Assembly (NCBI RefSeq): GCF_006345805.1
Contig: NC_043016.1
Coordinates: 6,696,001 to 6,760,000 of the forward strand
Direction of reading: 5' to 3'
Length of the DNA stretch: 64,000 nt
Source: Octopus sinensis
Lineage: Eukaryota
Below, piece after piece: positions 1 to 13,963 of this stretch. The notes beneath the pieces are model-generated. The model was not told the origin of the DNA, made no database searches, and saw only the letters and a list, made by a program, of their open reading frames with translations. The translations under genes were made by a program, and so were the position numbers. Positions within the stretch are counted from its first letter, which is position 1; every line of letters begins with the position of its first letter.

Positions 1-426
1 CCCTCCGACATGCCGTCAGATGAAGACGACACAGAGACTTGGCAAGTGGCCATAGGGGGAAGGAAAAAAAGGGGGGAAAAAAGAATAGAGAAGCAGATAA
101 ACAAAGCAGGAAGGTTTACCACTCCTGAAACCAAAACACCCGCAGAAAACTAAAGCATCAACGTAAACACACTAACACCAAACGCCCCAACAATACTGAC
201 AGATATAAACACCAACAACCCCGACCTAATGGAGTACATTAGGTCAAACACCAACATAACAGAAAACGATACCAAAACAGAGACTCACCCACACCCAACA
301 CCACCACAACACATTAAATTCATGCACAATCACAGAACACACACAGCATACTAAAATCTCTCTACCTGTCTAAAAAACTACACAAAAACTTTCTGGGCTG
401 GGGTGAAGGACAAACAACTTTCAGAC

Positions 427-476
<50 letters not shown>

Positions 477-528
477 TATTTCTCTTTCGTCTTCCTTTCG
501 TGTGTAAAACACAACTTTCGACAGGAAC

Positions 529-3235
529 ATGCTTAAAATAGGTAGTATAAATGAACGTGGCTGGGGTCGCCTTGCAAACAAGGCTACCTGTTAAATGATA
601 TCAAGTCACAGAATCTGCATATCATAGCCATTAGCGAGACCAGACTCCTCAGCCTGCGTGCCCTTCAGCACATGTCCGGCGATATTTTGACATTTGTTTT
701 TCTTCGTGTCTGCCGAGAATGGGCGGAGGTGGCACCGCGGTGATTCTTCGGAATATTCTGGACCTCAAAGTAAGAGCAATTTTCCTAGACCTGGTCGTCT
801 TGGATGTCGATGGCAGTAATGGGTGTGCTTTTCGACTGATAACAGTTTATGTACCGTCCTTAACAGGCCGGCCAGATTTCTTTCGACGTCTAGATGTTTT
901 CCTGGGAACATCTCGACCTTTACTTTCAGAGGGGTATTAGAACGCTACCTTAGACAGGCATGTAGACTACGTAGGCAGAGATAGTAATAGGAGGGGATGT
1001 AAATGCCTCAAAGACCTGCTCAGACATTTCCAACTGTCTGACAGGTACTGACTGGACCACCCGAATGTGCCAATGTGGACATGGAGCAACCACATCGGGT
1101 CGTCCAGATCATATTTAGATAGAGTATTCTGTAGGACAGTAGATAAAAATAGTGTAGGTTGTCCACAATACCATATAGTCAGCTACACAGATCACAAATT
1201 TGTGACTTGTACACTTGACTTTGATAAGACACATAGGCAGAGTCCCGGTTACTGGAAGCTGGACGTGTCGTTCACAGCACGCCAGACTTACAGGGACAGG
1301 ATTAGCACATTAGCTAAGAAAGCATTGACGGGCGTCATCATCAACAATAGATGGTGGTATACCATAAAGAAAGCAATCAAAGCAGAATCGGTTAGATACA
1401 GTAAGGCCCTAGCATTAGACCGAAATAGAATAGAGGGAGACCTAGTTAAGAAATTAGATGAGGCACTTAGAACTGGCATCGCGTCCAACGTACTGGCGGC
1501 GAGGTTGGCCCTCGACCAATACTTCAACGCCAAACACAATGAGTTGACAGAGCTAGGATGCTTACTCTGAGTTGGAGCCGCCCGAGAGGCCAGAGTAGCG
1601 GAGGCGCAACGAACCACCATTAGGTCTCTAACAGATAAGCAGGGGCGCGAATTACTCGAGCCTGAAAGGATGTGTGAAGCCCTTAAGCAACACTTTTCCC
1701 GACTGTTCTGGACTACTGGTGGGTCAGAACGCAGAGTGGACTTTAGTGTTTACCTACATAGCCTGCCACGACTCTCGGTAAGAGAGGCGGAATGTTGTGA
1801 AAGACCCATCACAGCCGCAATGGCAGGCTGCGCGGGAGACAAGTCGCCAGGCTTGGATGGTCTACCCTACGAACTTTATTGTCATATGCCAGACTTGTTT
1901 GGAGACGTCTTGGCAGCTGTTATTCTGCAACTGGCAGCAAAACGGGAGTATCCCTGTTTCTGTAAAGCGAGGGGCGGTGGTATTGCTAAAGAAAAATCCA
2001 AACAAGGGGAACATCATAGGTAACTTCAGGTCCATCAATCTTTTCAACGCAGATTTGAAGATTTTGGCCAAGGTGTTAGCCGAGAGGTTGGCGCTTGTCA
2101 TCGAGAAACTGGTCGACAAAGCGCAAACGTGCGCCGTTCCGAGTAGGAGTATCCATGACAACCTCCATCTGATGCACTACATCATAGATAGGGTGGTTAA
2201 GGAACTTGGCATGGGTGGGGCGCTGATCAATTTGGATCAATCAAAAGCTTTCGATAGGGTAGACCATCGCTAATTGGAGGCTGTCCTTAGAGCGACTGGT
2301 TTCGGTCCCGTCTTCCGAAGTTGGATCGCTGCCATATACAGCAGCATCCTCGATAGTTCGCGTAAATGGTCATCTGTCCAGATCATTTAACAACACGCGG
2401 TCGGCTCGTCAAGGATGCACCATCTCGTCACTTCTGTACGTATTGACTCTTGAGCCACTACTATGGAAGCTGGCGACGCTTAGAGGCATCCCGCGAGAGC
2501 TGCATATGTGGACGACGTCACTGTGATAGTGTCGAGCTACATGCATATCGACCTGGTCAGCGAGACGCTAAAAGAATACGAAGCGGCAACGGAAGCAAAT
2601 ATTAACCAGAAAAGACAGTGGGCTTGCGGCTCAGCACCTGGTGAAGCAGGCCCATGCCGTCCAACAGCGTCTTCATCGTGGGACGCTGGACCGACGGACC
2701 GGTTAAATTGCTCGAAGTCTGGTTTGGTCCGGACCTCCAAATGGAGAACTGGGGCGAGATTACGAATAGGGTGGCCACTCTCACCCAGCAATGGGCCGAG
2801 AGGAAGCTATCCCTAAAAGGTCGGGCGGAGGTGGCGAACGTGTACATCGCATCCGTCATCGATTACCGTCTGACCATCGTACCTTGTCCCGACCCTACCA
2901 TAACCAACCATAACCAAACTGGAACGCATACTCTTCCGCTTTTTGTGGAAGGGAAGCGTTCCGATGGTAAGGCGATCCATTTGATGTCAACACCCGCTAA
3001 ATGGAGGGCAAGGCATGCCGTGGTTGATGATACGCAGACATGCACTGAGATTGCGACATCTCCGGCGCTTCATAGACGACGGTGAACAAATGTGGTCGCT
3101 GTTTGTGCGGCGCGCTTTCCCGCAGTTTGTCTCTTTGGCCGAACGGCAGTCGTGGATCAAACAGAGACCGAGGCTAGGCGAATGGCACCGCGAGTGCCGC
3201 CTTGCTCTCAAGCAACTCTGCCGTTCTGACCAAAC
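529..3235 (+). pseudogene. Tx1/L1 ORF2 remnant (AP endonuclease + reverse transcriptase), multiple frameshifts and stops
   Basis: ORF-track pieces 719-940, 1067-1570, 1670-2023, 1797-2273, 2654-3085 and 3015-3245 carry collinear APE and RT motifs matching copies D and E. Confidence 0.9.
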
Positions 3236-4324
3236 TTTTTTATAACCTCCCCTCCACTAATCCTCTATAGAACGCCTTTGTGGAAGTTATAAAAAGTTAT
3301 AAAATCTCTGATGAAAGTTATAAAAACTTGATTTTTTGGGGAAATTACTCAGTGATCGTAGAATGTTACTAAAAACTCCACGACACTCACGATAGTGATA
3401 GTTGGATGTTACTAAACTCTACGACACTTACTCCTTGAGATATTGGCTATTCTTATGCCATGTCTATGACGTAGATCCAACAAGACTTATTTGAATTGCT
3501 GTGAACTCTAGTTGTTAGTATGAAGGATTAGCTAGTGTGAACTTTAAGTCCTAACTCTCTACGACAAAATGACTTTACTTTCCAATTTTACTGTAAATGC
3601 TAAATGTACATAAATAAACTAATTTAGTAATTATTTTCTCTTTCTTCAAGTTCTTCAACTTGTTAATGAAATTTATTTCTGTAATTATGAAACTGTATAT
3701 TTTTTTTATAGCGGTTAAAAGAGCACGAACTTAGTTATCTTCAACATACATGCACTCATAAAATGTCCGTTAGTGTTTCAGAGTATATATTTCTCGCTAT
3801 AGCGTTTATGTAGCTGGAGTCAGGATTTATGTATAATGACAATTATAAGTAAGTTATAAGTGACGTATTTATCAATAAAGATTCCTACTTCAAAAGTAAA
3901 ATATATTTATTATCTATTTCTAAATAGGAAACATATAAATAAGATAAAAACCATTACAAAAAGTAGTGGTTCGCAAACAGTCTCCAAACCGTTTATAAAA
4001 GTGATGACCTCCCGATGTGATAACGGAGATAAAACACCACATCATAAAAGTATCGATACTTGTGAAAAATATATAAAATTTTCAATAGAGTGTCGTGGAG
4101 TTTAGTAACAACCAACGATCACTGGTTAATTTACCCCAAATCAGGTTTTTTTTATAACTGCTCATATCCAAATTCTAAGAACCGTATTTCGTGAAAGATT
4201 TCTTTGACGAAAGTTTATAATTCGTATATGGGCAGTAATTTTAATCAACGGGATACCAACAATTATGATTGTTCTGGCAAACGGCCATTACGTCATACTG
4301 CCGCCTTTTATGACTTGCTACAGT
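3236..4324. other. AT-rich module replacing about 650 bp of ORF2 in copy A, with outward-facing inverted motif
   Basis: Reverse complement of about 3310-3386 (GTGTCGTGGAGTTTTTAGTAACATTCTACGATCACTGAGTAATTTCCCCAAAAAATCAAGTTTTTATAACT) matches about 4089-4160 on +. Both halves are homologous to 32430-33100. 3247-3296 is an inverted ORF2 piece (TKAFYRGLVEGR). Confidence 0.7.
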
Positions 4325-4398
4325 TTCAATAAAAGGTGGGTGAATGTAGCAAAGATGGTACGTGTGAATGACGAAACCACTTTGAGCATGATCCTGTA

Positions 4399-4447
<49 letters not shown>

Positions 4448-4704
4448 ACTTTGCTCTCATGTATCTATTCCCTCGTGCTTGAGGTTACCGCGCTCTTTTC
4501 CGTAGGCTTTTCTTTCCATGGATAAACCTAATCTTTTTTTTTTTTACATTTTAAATATTTTCAGTGATATACGATCCCTTTTGATCATTTTTTTTTGATC
4601 ATTTTGATCATTTAATTTTTCTCCTTTTTTTCTATTTTCGAAAATAAAAGCTCTACATTGTATTTCGTCCCCTCTGTGTTCGGCCCTGTGTGGCTAATAT
4701 AGAA

Positions 4705-4828
<124 letters not shown>

Positions 4829-4830
4829 TT

Positions 4831-5236
4831 TATGAAACCAGAAATCGAAAACAGAGAGTTGCTTATTTGCAAAAAAAAAAAAAAAAAAAAAAAAAGAAAT
4901 ATAAAATGTGACTTCATTGACGAGGTTACCGTGGTCTTTTCCGCAGGCTTTTTTCCACGGGTAAACCTCACCTGTCCTCCCCTTTACACTTCATATTGAC
5001 ATTTCTGTGATAACGATCCCTATTGATCATTTTTTTACCTCTCCCCCCCCCCTTTTTTTTTTTTTTTTTTTTTAACCCCCCTTATTTTTGTCCTCTTTCT
5101 CTCCTTTTACGATCCCTTTGATCGAACCTCCCCCTTCTTTTTTTTTAATTTTTTTTTTTAATACCTTCAAAAGAAAAGATCTACCTTGTAATTTGTTCTA
5201 TCTGTGTGCAGCCCTGTGTGGCTAATAAGAAAAATA
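4831..5236 (+). mobile_element. Tx1 array copy B (3' UTR only), followed by (TCTA)n 5237-5432
   Basis: Starts TATGAAACCAGAAATCG, the stop-codon region of other copies; ends GCAGCCCTGTGTGGCTAATAAGAAAAATA. Confidence 0.9.
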
Positions 5237-5365
5237 TCTATCTATCTATCTATCTATATCTCTATCTATCTATCTATCTATCTACCTATCTATCATCTAT
5301 CTATCTATCTATCTATCTATCTATATCTATCTATCTATTCATTTATCTTCTATCTACCTATCTAC

Positions 5366-5413
<48 letters not shown>

Positions 5414-5431
5414 ATCTATATCTATCTATCT

Positions 5432-6044
5432 AGAATGTATCTGGTGGACGCGTCTGAAAGGATTGGAGACAAACACTTTCCTCTCTGGTCAATCTCTCAT
5501 CAACTTCTTCAAGTACCACTGAAAAGGAAAGTGAGAGTAGAGAGGCAAGTTTTGTCTAGCGAATGTTTTAAAAAAAGATGGGTGAATGTAGCAAGAATGG
5601 CACGTATGAATGACGAAGCCACCTTGAGCATAGTCCTATGAACCCAGAAATCGAAAACAGAGAGTTGCTTATTTGAAAAAAAAAAAAAAGAAATATAAAA
5701 TGTGACTTCATTGACCGAGGTACCGTGGTCTTTTCCGTAGGCTTTTCTTTCCACGGGTAAACCTCACCTGTCCTCCCCTTTACACTTCATATTGACATTT
5801 CTGTGATAACGATCCCTATTGATCAATTTTTTTTTCCTCTCCCCCTTTTTTTTAACCCCCCTTTTTTTTGTCCTCTTACTCTCCTTTTACGATCCTTTTG
5901 ATCGAAACCCCCCCTTCCTTTTTTTTATTTTATTTTATTTTATTTATTTATTTATTTTTTTTTTTTAAACCTTCAAAAGAAAAGCTCTACCTTGTAATTT
6001 GTTCTATCTGTGTGCAGCCCTGTGTGGCTAATAAGAGAAACATA
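5432..6044 (+). mobile_element. Tx1 array copy C (5'-truncated; ORF2 C-terminus + 3' UTR)
   Basis: Begins AGAATGTATCTGGTGGACGCG directly after (TCTA)n; encodes ...KRKVRVERQVLSSECFKKRWVNVARMARMNDEATLSIVL*; same 3' end. Confidence 0.92.
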
Positions 6045-6047
6045 TCT

Positions 6048-7871
6048 TTGGCGCTTGTCATCGAGAAACTGGTCGACAAGGCGCAACCGTGCGCCGTGCC
6101 GGGCCGGACCATCCATGACAACCTCCACCTGATGCCCTACATCATAGACAGGGTAGTTAACGAACTTGGCATGGGTGGGGCGCTGATCAATTTGGATCAA
6201 TCGAAAGCTTTCGATAGGGTGGATCATCGATACTTGGAGGCAGTCCTCAGAGCGGCTGGCTTCGGTCCCGTCTTCCGCGGCTGGATAGCCGCTTTGTACA
6301 GAGGCATCCGTTCGGTAATTCGCGTAAATGGACATCTACCGAGACCTTTCGACATCGCACGTTCGGTCCGTCAGGGATGCCCCCTCTCGTCGCTTCTATA
6401 CGTATTGACTCTCGAGCCACTATTGCGGAAGCTGGCAACTTTGAGGGGCATCCCGCGAGAACTGGGATGCGGGACGAGCGTGTCTGCATACGCGGACGAC
6501 GTCACCGTCATAGTGTCTAGCCACGAGCACATCGAGCTGGTCGGCGAGACACTGAAAAACTACGAAGCGGTGACAGGAGCAAAAATCAACCGGGAAAAGT
6601 GAGTGGGCTTGCGACTAGGCACCTGGAAAAGCAAGCCCATGCCGTCCACCAGCGCCTCCGTAGTGGGACGCTGGACCGACGGTCCGGCCGAGTTGCTCGG
6701 GGTCTGGTTCGGTCCGGACCTCCAAATGGAGAACTGGAACGAGATAACGAGCAGGGTGGTCACTCTCGCCCGGCAATGGGCCGAGAGGAAACTGTCCCTA
6801 AAAGGTCGGGCGGAGGTGGCGAACACGTACATCGCGTCCGTCATCTACTACCGCCTGACCGTCGTGCCATGTCCCGACCCTACCATCACCAAACTACAAC
6901 GCATTCTCTTTCGCTTCTTGTGGAAAGGATGCGTCCCGATGGTCAGGCGATCCATTTGCTGTCAACACCCGTTAAAAGGAGGACTGGGCATGCCGTGGTT
7001 GATGATGCGCAGACACGCGCTGAGACTGCGACATCTCAGGCTCTTCGTAGACGACGGTGAACAGGTGTGGTCGCCGTTTGTGAGGCACGCTTTCCCGCAG
7101 CTCGTCTCCATGACCGAACTGCAATCGTGGATCAAAAAGAGGCCGAGGAAGGGCGAATGGTACAGTGAGTGTGGCGTTGCTCTCAAGCAACTCTGCCGTC
7201 CTGGGTCGACCTTGAGTGACTTCAACACAACCAAAGCATTCTATAGGGGATTAGTGGAGGGGAGGTACGACGACGAGCTCGGGGCGAACCTGGACGTCGA
7301 CGAGGAATACCTGACCCGCCTGTTCGGGACGACTTTCGGGCCAGAACCCATGGACAACTTCCAGAGATCCCTGGCCTGGCAGTGCTACCGAGAAGCGCTA
7401 CCCGTTCGGGATAAGCTCTACAGACACGGCTCGAGAAACACGGGGCCGACCTGCCCGAGATGCTGTCAGAGCAACGAAACCGCTCTGCACGCACTCGTGC
7501 AGTGTCCAACAATTTCCGACCTGTGGGCTTATGTCGAACAACTGCTGTCACGTGTGGGACGAGTCGGTTTATCAGCTGAGTCTATCGTCAATATTGTCAC
7601 GCCTCCTTCCTTCAAACGGGAAGGAAGAGCTATTTTCATCATCCTTCGGGCTATGGCGAAAGAATGTATCTGGTGGACGCGTCTGAAAGGATTGGAGACA
7701 AACACTTTCCTCTCTGGTCAACCTCTCATCAACTTCTTCAAGTACCACTTGAAAAGGAAAGTGAGAGTAGAGAGGCAAGTTTTGTCTAGCGAACGTTTTA
7801 AAAAAAGATGGTTGAATGTAGCAAGGATGGCACGTATGAATGACGAAGCCACCTTGAGCATAATCCTATGA
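6048..7871 (+). pseudogene. Tx1 ORF2 RT to C-terminal zinc finger; in frame except one TGA at 6600-6602
   Basis: ORF-track 5868-6602 and 6603-7871 are in the same frame; copy E has TCA (9170-9172) at the stop position. Confidence 0.92.
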
Positions 7872-8296
7872 ACCCAGAAATTGAAAACAGAGGGTTATCC
7901 TCTTGCAAACAAAAGTGGTAACATATAACAATATTGACCAAGGTTACCGTGGTCTTTTTCGTAGGCTTTTCTTCCCACGAATAAAACTTACTTGCTTTCT
8001 CCTTTACACCATATATCATGACACTGTGATACACGATCCCTATTGATCGTTTTTTTCCTCTTCCCCTTTTTTTCCTCTTTTTTCTTCCTTTTTCATTTCT
8101 CTTTTCTTTTGTTCCTTTTTCCTTTTTTCTTTTTTTTCTTTTCCTCTTTTTTCCTTTTCTTTGTACTTTTTTCCCTTTTATGATCCCTTTTGATCGAAAA
8201 CCTACGCCACCTTTTTTTTGTCATCCCCCAAAAGAAAAGCTCTACCTTGTAACTTGTCCCATCTGTGTCAGCCCTGTTTGGCCAATAAAGAAACTT
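6048..8296 (+). mobile_element. Tx1 array copy D (5'-truncated, about 2.25 kb), followed by (TCTA/TCTG)n 8297-8648
   Basis: RT motifs [26 protein letters not shown]; C-terminal CPRCCQSNETALHALVQC zinc-binding motif; conserved 3' end. Confidence 0.95.
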
Positions 8297-8308
8297 ATCT
8301 ATCTATCT

Positions 8309-8374
<66 letters not shown>

Positions 8375-8381
8375 AGTCTAT

Positions 8382-8467
<86 letters not shown>

Positions 8468-8469
8468 CC

Positions 8470-8557
<88 letters not shown>

Positions 8558-8561
8558 ATAC

Positions 8562-8649
<88 letters not shown>

Positions 8650-10818
8650 AAGGCGCAAACGTGCGCCGTGCCAGGCCGGACCATCCATGACAACCTCCAT
8701 CTGATGCGCTACATCATAGACAGGGTAGTTAACGAACCTGGCATGGGTGGGGCCCTGATCAACTTGGATCAATCGAAAGCCTTTGATAGGGTAGACCATC
8801 GATACTTGGAGGCAGTCCTGAGAGCGGCTGGTTTCGGTCCCGTCTTCCGCGGCTGGATAGCTGCCTTGTACAGAGGCATCCGTTCGGTAATTCGCGTAAA
8901 TGGACATCTATCGAGACCTTTCGACATTGCACGTTCGGTCCGTCAGGGATGCCCCCTCTCGGCGCTTCTATACGTATTGACTCTTGAGCACTACTGCGGA
9001 AGCTGGCGACTCTAAGGGGCATCCCGCGAGAATTGGGATGCGGGACGAGCGTGTCTGCATACGCGGACGACGTCACCGTCATAGTGTCTAGCCACGAGCA
9101 CATCGAGCTGGTCGGCGAGACACTGAAAACTACGAAGCGGTGACAGGAGCGAAAATCAACCGGGAAAAGTCAGTGGGCTTGCTACTAGGCACCTGGAGAA
9201 GCAAGCCCATGCCGTCCACCAGCGCCTCCGTAGTGGGACGCTGGACCGACGGCCCGGTTGAGTTGCTCGGGGTCTGGTTTGGTCCGGACCACCAAGTGGA
9301 GAAGAACTGGAACGAGATAACGAGTAGGGTGGTCACTCTCGCCCTGCAATGGGCCGAGAGGAAACTGTCCCTAAAAGGTCGAGCGGAGGTGGCGAACACG
9401 TACATCGCGTCCGTCATCTACTACCGCCTGACCGTCGTACCTTGTCCCGACCCTACCATCACCAAACTACAACGCATTCTCTTTCGCTTCTTGTGGAAAG
9501 GATGCGTCCCGATGGTCAGGCGATCCATTTGCTGTCAACACCCGTTAAAAGGAGGGCTGGGCATGCCGTGGTTGATGATGCGCAGATACGCGCTGAGACT
9601 GCGACATCTCTGGCTCTATGTAGACGACGGTGAACAGGTGTGGTCGCCGTTTGTGAGGCACGCTTTCCCGCAGCTCGTCTCCATGACCGAACTGCAGTCG
9701 CGGATCAAAAAGAGGCCGAGGAAGGGCGAATGGCACCGCGAGTGTCGCGTTGTTCTCAAGCAACTCTGCCGTCCTGGGTCGACCTTAAGTGACTTCAACA
9801 CAACCAAAGCATTCTATAGGGGTTTAGTGGAGGGGAGGTACGACGACGAGCTCGGGGCGAACCTGGACGTCGAAGAGGAGTACCTGACCCGCCTGTTCAG
9901 GACGACTTTCGGGCCAGGGCCCATGGACAACTTCCAGAGATCCCTGGCCTGGCAGTGCTACCGAGAAGCGCTACCCGTTCGGGATAAGCTCTACAGACAC
10001 GGTTCGACAACACGGGGCCGACCTGCCCGAGATGCGGTCAGAGCGACGAAACCGTTCTGCACGCACTCGTTCAGTGTCCAACAATTTCCGATCTGTGGGC
10101 TTATGTCGAACAACTGCTGTCACGTGTGGGACGAGTCGGTTTATCAGCTGAGTCTATCGTCAATATTGTCACGCCTCCTTCCTTCAAACGGGAAGGAAGA
10201 GCTATTTTCATCATCCTTGTGGCTATGGCGAAAGAATGTATCTGGTGGACGCATCTGAAAGGATTGGAGACAAACACTTTCCTCTCTGGTCAATCTCTCA
10301 TCAACTTCTTCAAGTACCACTTGAAAAGGAAAGTGAGAGTAGAGAGGCAAGTTTTGTCTAGCGAATGTTTTAAAAAAAGATGGGTGAATGTAGCAAGAAT
10401 GGCACGTATGAATGACGAAGCCACCTTGAGCATAATCCTATGAACCCAAAAATTGAAAACAGAGATTTGCTTATTTGCAAAAAAAAAAAAAAAAAAAAGA
10501 AATATAAAATGTGACTTCATTGACCGAGGTTACCGTGGTCTTTTCCGTAGGCTTTTCTTTCCACGGGTAAACCTCACCTGTCCCCCCTTTACACTTCATA
10601 TGACATTTCTGTGATAACGATCCCTATTGATCAATTTTTTTTTTCCTCTCCCCCTTTTTTTTAACCCCCCTTTTTTGTCCTCTTTCTCTCCTTTTACGAT
10701 CCCTTTTGATCGAAACTCCCCCCTTTCCTTTTTTTTTTTTTTTAAACCTTCAAAAGAAAAGCTCTACCTTGTAATTTGTTCTATCTGTGTGCAGCCCTGT
10801 GTGGCTAATAAAGAAACA

Positions 10819-10820
<2 letters not shown>
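8650..10820 (+). mobile_element. Tx1 array copy E (5'-truncated, about 2.17 kb), followed by (TCTA/CCTA)n 10821-10899
   Basis: Starts AAGGCGCAAACGTGCGCC after (TCTA)n; highly similar to copy D with a few frameshifts. Confidence 0.95.
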
Positions 10821-10856
<36 letters not shown>

Positions 10857-10899
10857 CCTACCTACCTACCTACCTACCTACCTACCTACCTATCTATCT

Positions 10900-12172
10900 C
10901 GTTAAAAGGAGGGCTGGGCATGCCGTGGTTGATGATGTGCAGATACGCGCTGAGACTGCGACATCTCTAGCTCTATGTAGACGACGGTGAACAGGTGTGG
11001 TCGCCGTTTGTGAGGCACGCTTTCCCGCAGCTCGTCTCCATGACCGAACTGCAGTCGTGGATCAAAAAGAGGCCGAAGAAGGGCGAATGGCACCGCGAGT
11101 GTCGCGTTGCTCTCAAGCAACTCTGCCGTCCTGGGTCGACCTTGAGTGACTTCAACACAACCAAGCATTCTATAGGGGTTTAGTGGAGGGGAGGTACGAC
11201 GACGAGCTCGGGGCGAACCTGGACGTCGACGAGGAGTACCTGACCCGGCTGTTCAGGACGACTTTCGGGCCAGGGCCCATGGACAACTTCCAGAGATCCC
11301 TGGCTGGCAGTGCTACCGAGAAGCGCTACCCGTTCGGGATAAGCTCTACAGACACGGCTCGAGAAACACGGGGCCGACCTGCCCGAGATGCGGTCAGAGC
11401 GACGAAACCGTTCTGCACGCACTCGTTCAGTGTCCAACAATTTCCGACCTGTGGCTTGTGTCGAACAACTGCTGTCACGTGTGGGACGAGTCGGTTTATC
11501 AGCTGAGTCTATCGTCAATATTGTCACGCCTCCCTCCTTCAAACGGGAAGGAAGAGCTATTTTCATCATCCTTGTGGCTATGGCGAAAGAATGTATCTGG
11601 TGGACGCGTCTGAAAGGATTGGAGACAAACACTTTCCTCTCTGGTCAATCTCTCATCAACTTCTTCAAGTATAACTTGAATAGGAAAGTGAGAGTAGAGA
11701 GGCAAGTTTTGTCTAGCGAATGTTTTAAAAAAAGATGGGTGAATGTAGCAAGAATGGCACGTATGAATGACGAAGCCACCTTGAGCATAATCCTATGAAC
11801 CCAGAAATTGAAAACAGAGATTTGCTTATTTGCAAAAAAAAAAAAAAAAAAAAAAGAAATATAAAATGTGACTTCATTGACCGAGGTTACCGTGGTCTTT
11901 TCCGTAGGCTTTTCTTTCCACGGGTAAACCTCACCTGTCCCCCCTTTACACTTCATATTGACATTTCTGTGATAACGATCCTATTGATCAATTTTTTTTT
12001 CCTTCCCCCTTTTTTTTAACCCCCCTTTTTTGTCCTCTTTCTCTCCTTTTACGATCCCTTTTGATCGAAACTCCCCCCTTTCCTTTTTTTTTTTTTTTAA
12101 ACCTTCAAAGAAAAGCTCTACCTTGTAATTTGTTCTATCTGTGTGCAGCCCTGTGTGGCTAATAAAGAAACA

Positions 12173-12174
<2 letters not shown>
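10900..12174 (+). mobile_element. Tx1 array copy F (5'-truncated, about 1.27 kb), followed by (TCTA/CCTA)n 12175-12253
   Basis: Starts CGTTAAAAGGAGGGCTGGGC; ORF2 C-terminal part and 3' UTR. Confidence 0.93.
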
Positions 12175-12210
<36 letters not shown>

Positions 12211-12253
12211 CCTACCTACCTACCTACCTACCTACCTACCTACCTATCTATCT

Positions 12254-13534
12254 CGTTAAAAGGAGGGCTGGGCATGCCGTGGTTGATGATGTGCAGATAC
12301 GCGCTGAGACTGCGACATCTCTAGCTCTATGTAGACGACGGTGAACAGGTGTGGTCGCCGTTTGTGAGGCACGCTTTCCCGCAGCTCGTCTCCATGACCG
12401 AACTGCAGTCGTGGATCAAAAAGAGGCCGAAGAAGGGCGAATGGCACCGCGAGTGTCGCGTTGCTCTCAAGCAACTCTGCCGTCCTGGGTCGACCTTGAG
12501 TGACTTCAACACAACCAAAGCATTCTATAGGGGTTTAGTGGAGGGGAGGTACGACGACGAGCTCGGGGCGAACCTGGACGTCGACGAGGAGTACCTGACC
12601 CGGCTGTTCAGGACGACTTCGGGCCAGGGCCCATGGACAACTTCCAGAGATCCCTGGCCTGGCAGTGCTACCGAGAAGCGCTACCCGTTCGGGATAAGCT
12701 CTACAGACACGGCTCGAGAAACACGGGGCCGACCTGCCCGAGATGCGGTCAGAGCGACGAAACCGTTCTGCACGCACTCGTTCAGTGTCCAACAATTTCC
12801 GACCTGTGGGCTTGTGTCGAACAACTGCTGTCACGTGTGGGACGAGTCGGTTTATCAGCTGAGTCTATCGTCAATATTGTCACGCCTCCCTCCTTCAAAC
12901 GGGAAGGAAGAGCTATTTTCATCATCCTTGTGGCTATGGCGAAAGAATGTATCTGGTGGACGCGTCTGAAAGGATTGGAGACAAACACTTTCCTCTCTGG
13001 TCAATCTCTCATCAACTTCTTCAAGTATAACTTGAATAGGAAAGTGAGAGTAGAGAGGCAAGTTTTGTCTAGCGAATGTTTTAAAAAAAGATGGGTGAAT
13101 GTAGCAAGAATGGCACGTATGAATGACGAAGCCACCTTGAGCATAATCCTATGAACCCAGAAATTGAAAACAGAGATTTGCTTATTTGCAAAAAAAAAAA
13201 AAAAAGAAATATAACATGTGACTTCATTGACCGAGGTTACCGTGGTCTTTTCCGTAGGCTTTTCTTTCCACGGGTAAACCTCATCTGTCATCCCCTTTAC
13301 ACTTCATATTGACATTTCTGTGATAACGATCCCTATTGATCAATTTTTTTTTTTCCTCTCCTCCTCTCCCCCTTTTTTTTAACCCCCCTTTTTTTGTCCT
13401 CTTTCTCTCCTTTTACGATCCCTTTTGATCGAAACTCCCCCTTCCTTTTTTTTTTTTTTAAACCTTCAAAAGAAAAGCTCTACCTTGTAATTTGTTCTAT
13501 CTGTGTGCAGCCCTGTGTGGCTAATAAAGAAACA

Positions 13535-13536
<2 letters not shown>
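12254..13536 (+). mobile_element. Tx1 array copy G (near-identical to F), followed by (TCTA)n 13537-13726
   Basis: Same 5' junction and shared derived bases with F (e.g. AAGTATAACTTGAATAGG); period 1354 bp. Confidence 0.93.
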
Positions 13537-13604
<68 letters not shown>

Positions 13605-13620
13605 CATGTCTGCCTGTCTG

Positions 13621-13726
<106 letters not shown>

Positions 13727-13922
13727 GTAATAATAAGATAGAGAGATAGTAGGGATCGTAAGTGGATATAGTTGAAGACATTTGTTAAAATTCTCGAGTA
13801 ATGAGTTTCACCCTAGAACCTCGCCGACGCAAAAACGAATTCCTTTACCACAAAAGTCATGCCTACACCTAGTTAGCTATCTTTGTTTTACATATATTTT
13901 ATCGTTTCTCTTCTGTCGAGGC

Positions 13923-13963
<41 letters not shown>

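Noticed and set aside
3306-3345. CTGATGA followed by a 5-bp hairpin (hammerhead-like)
   Set aside because: GAUU follows instead of GAAA; no stem I or III.
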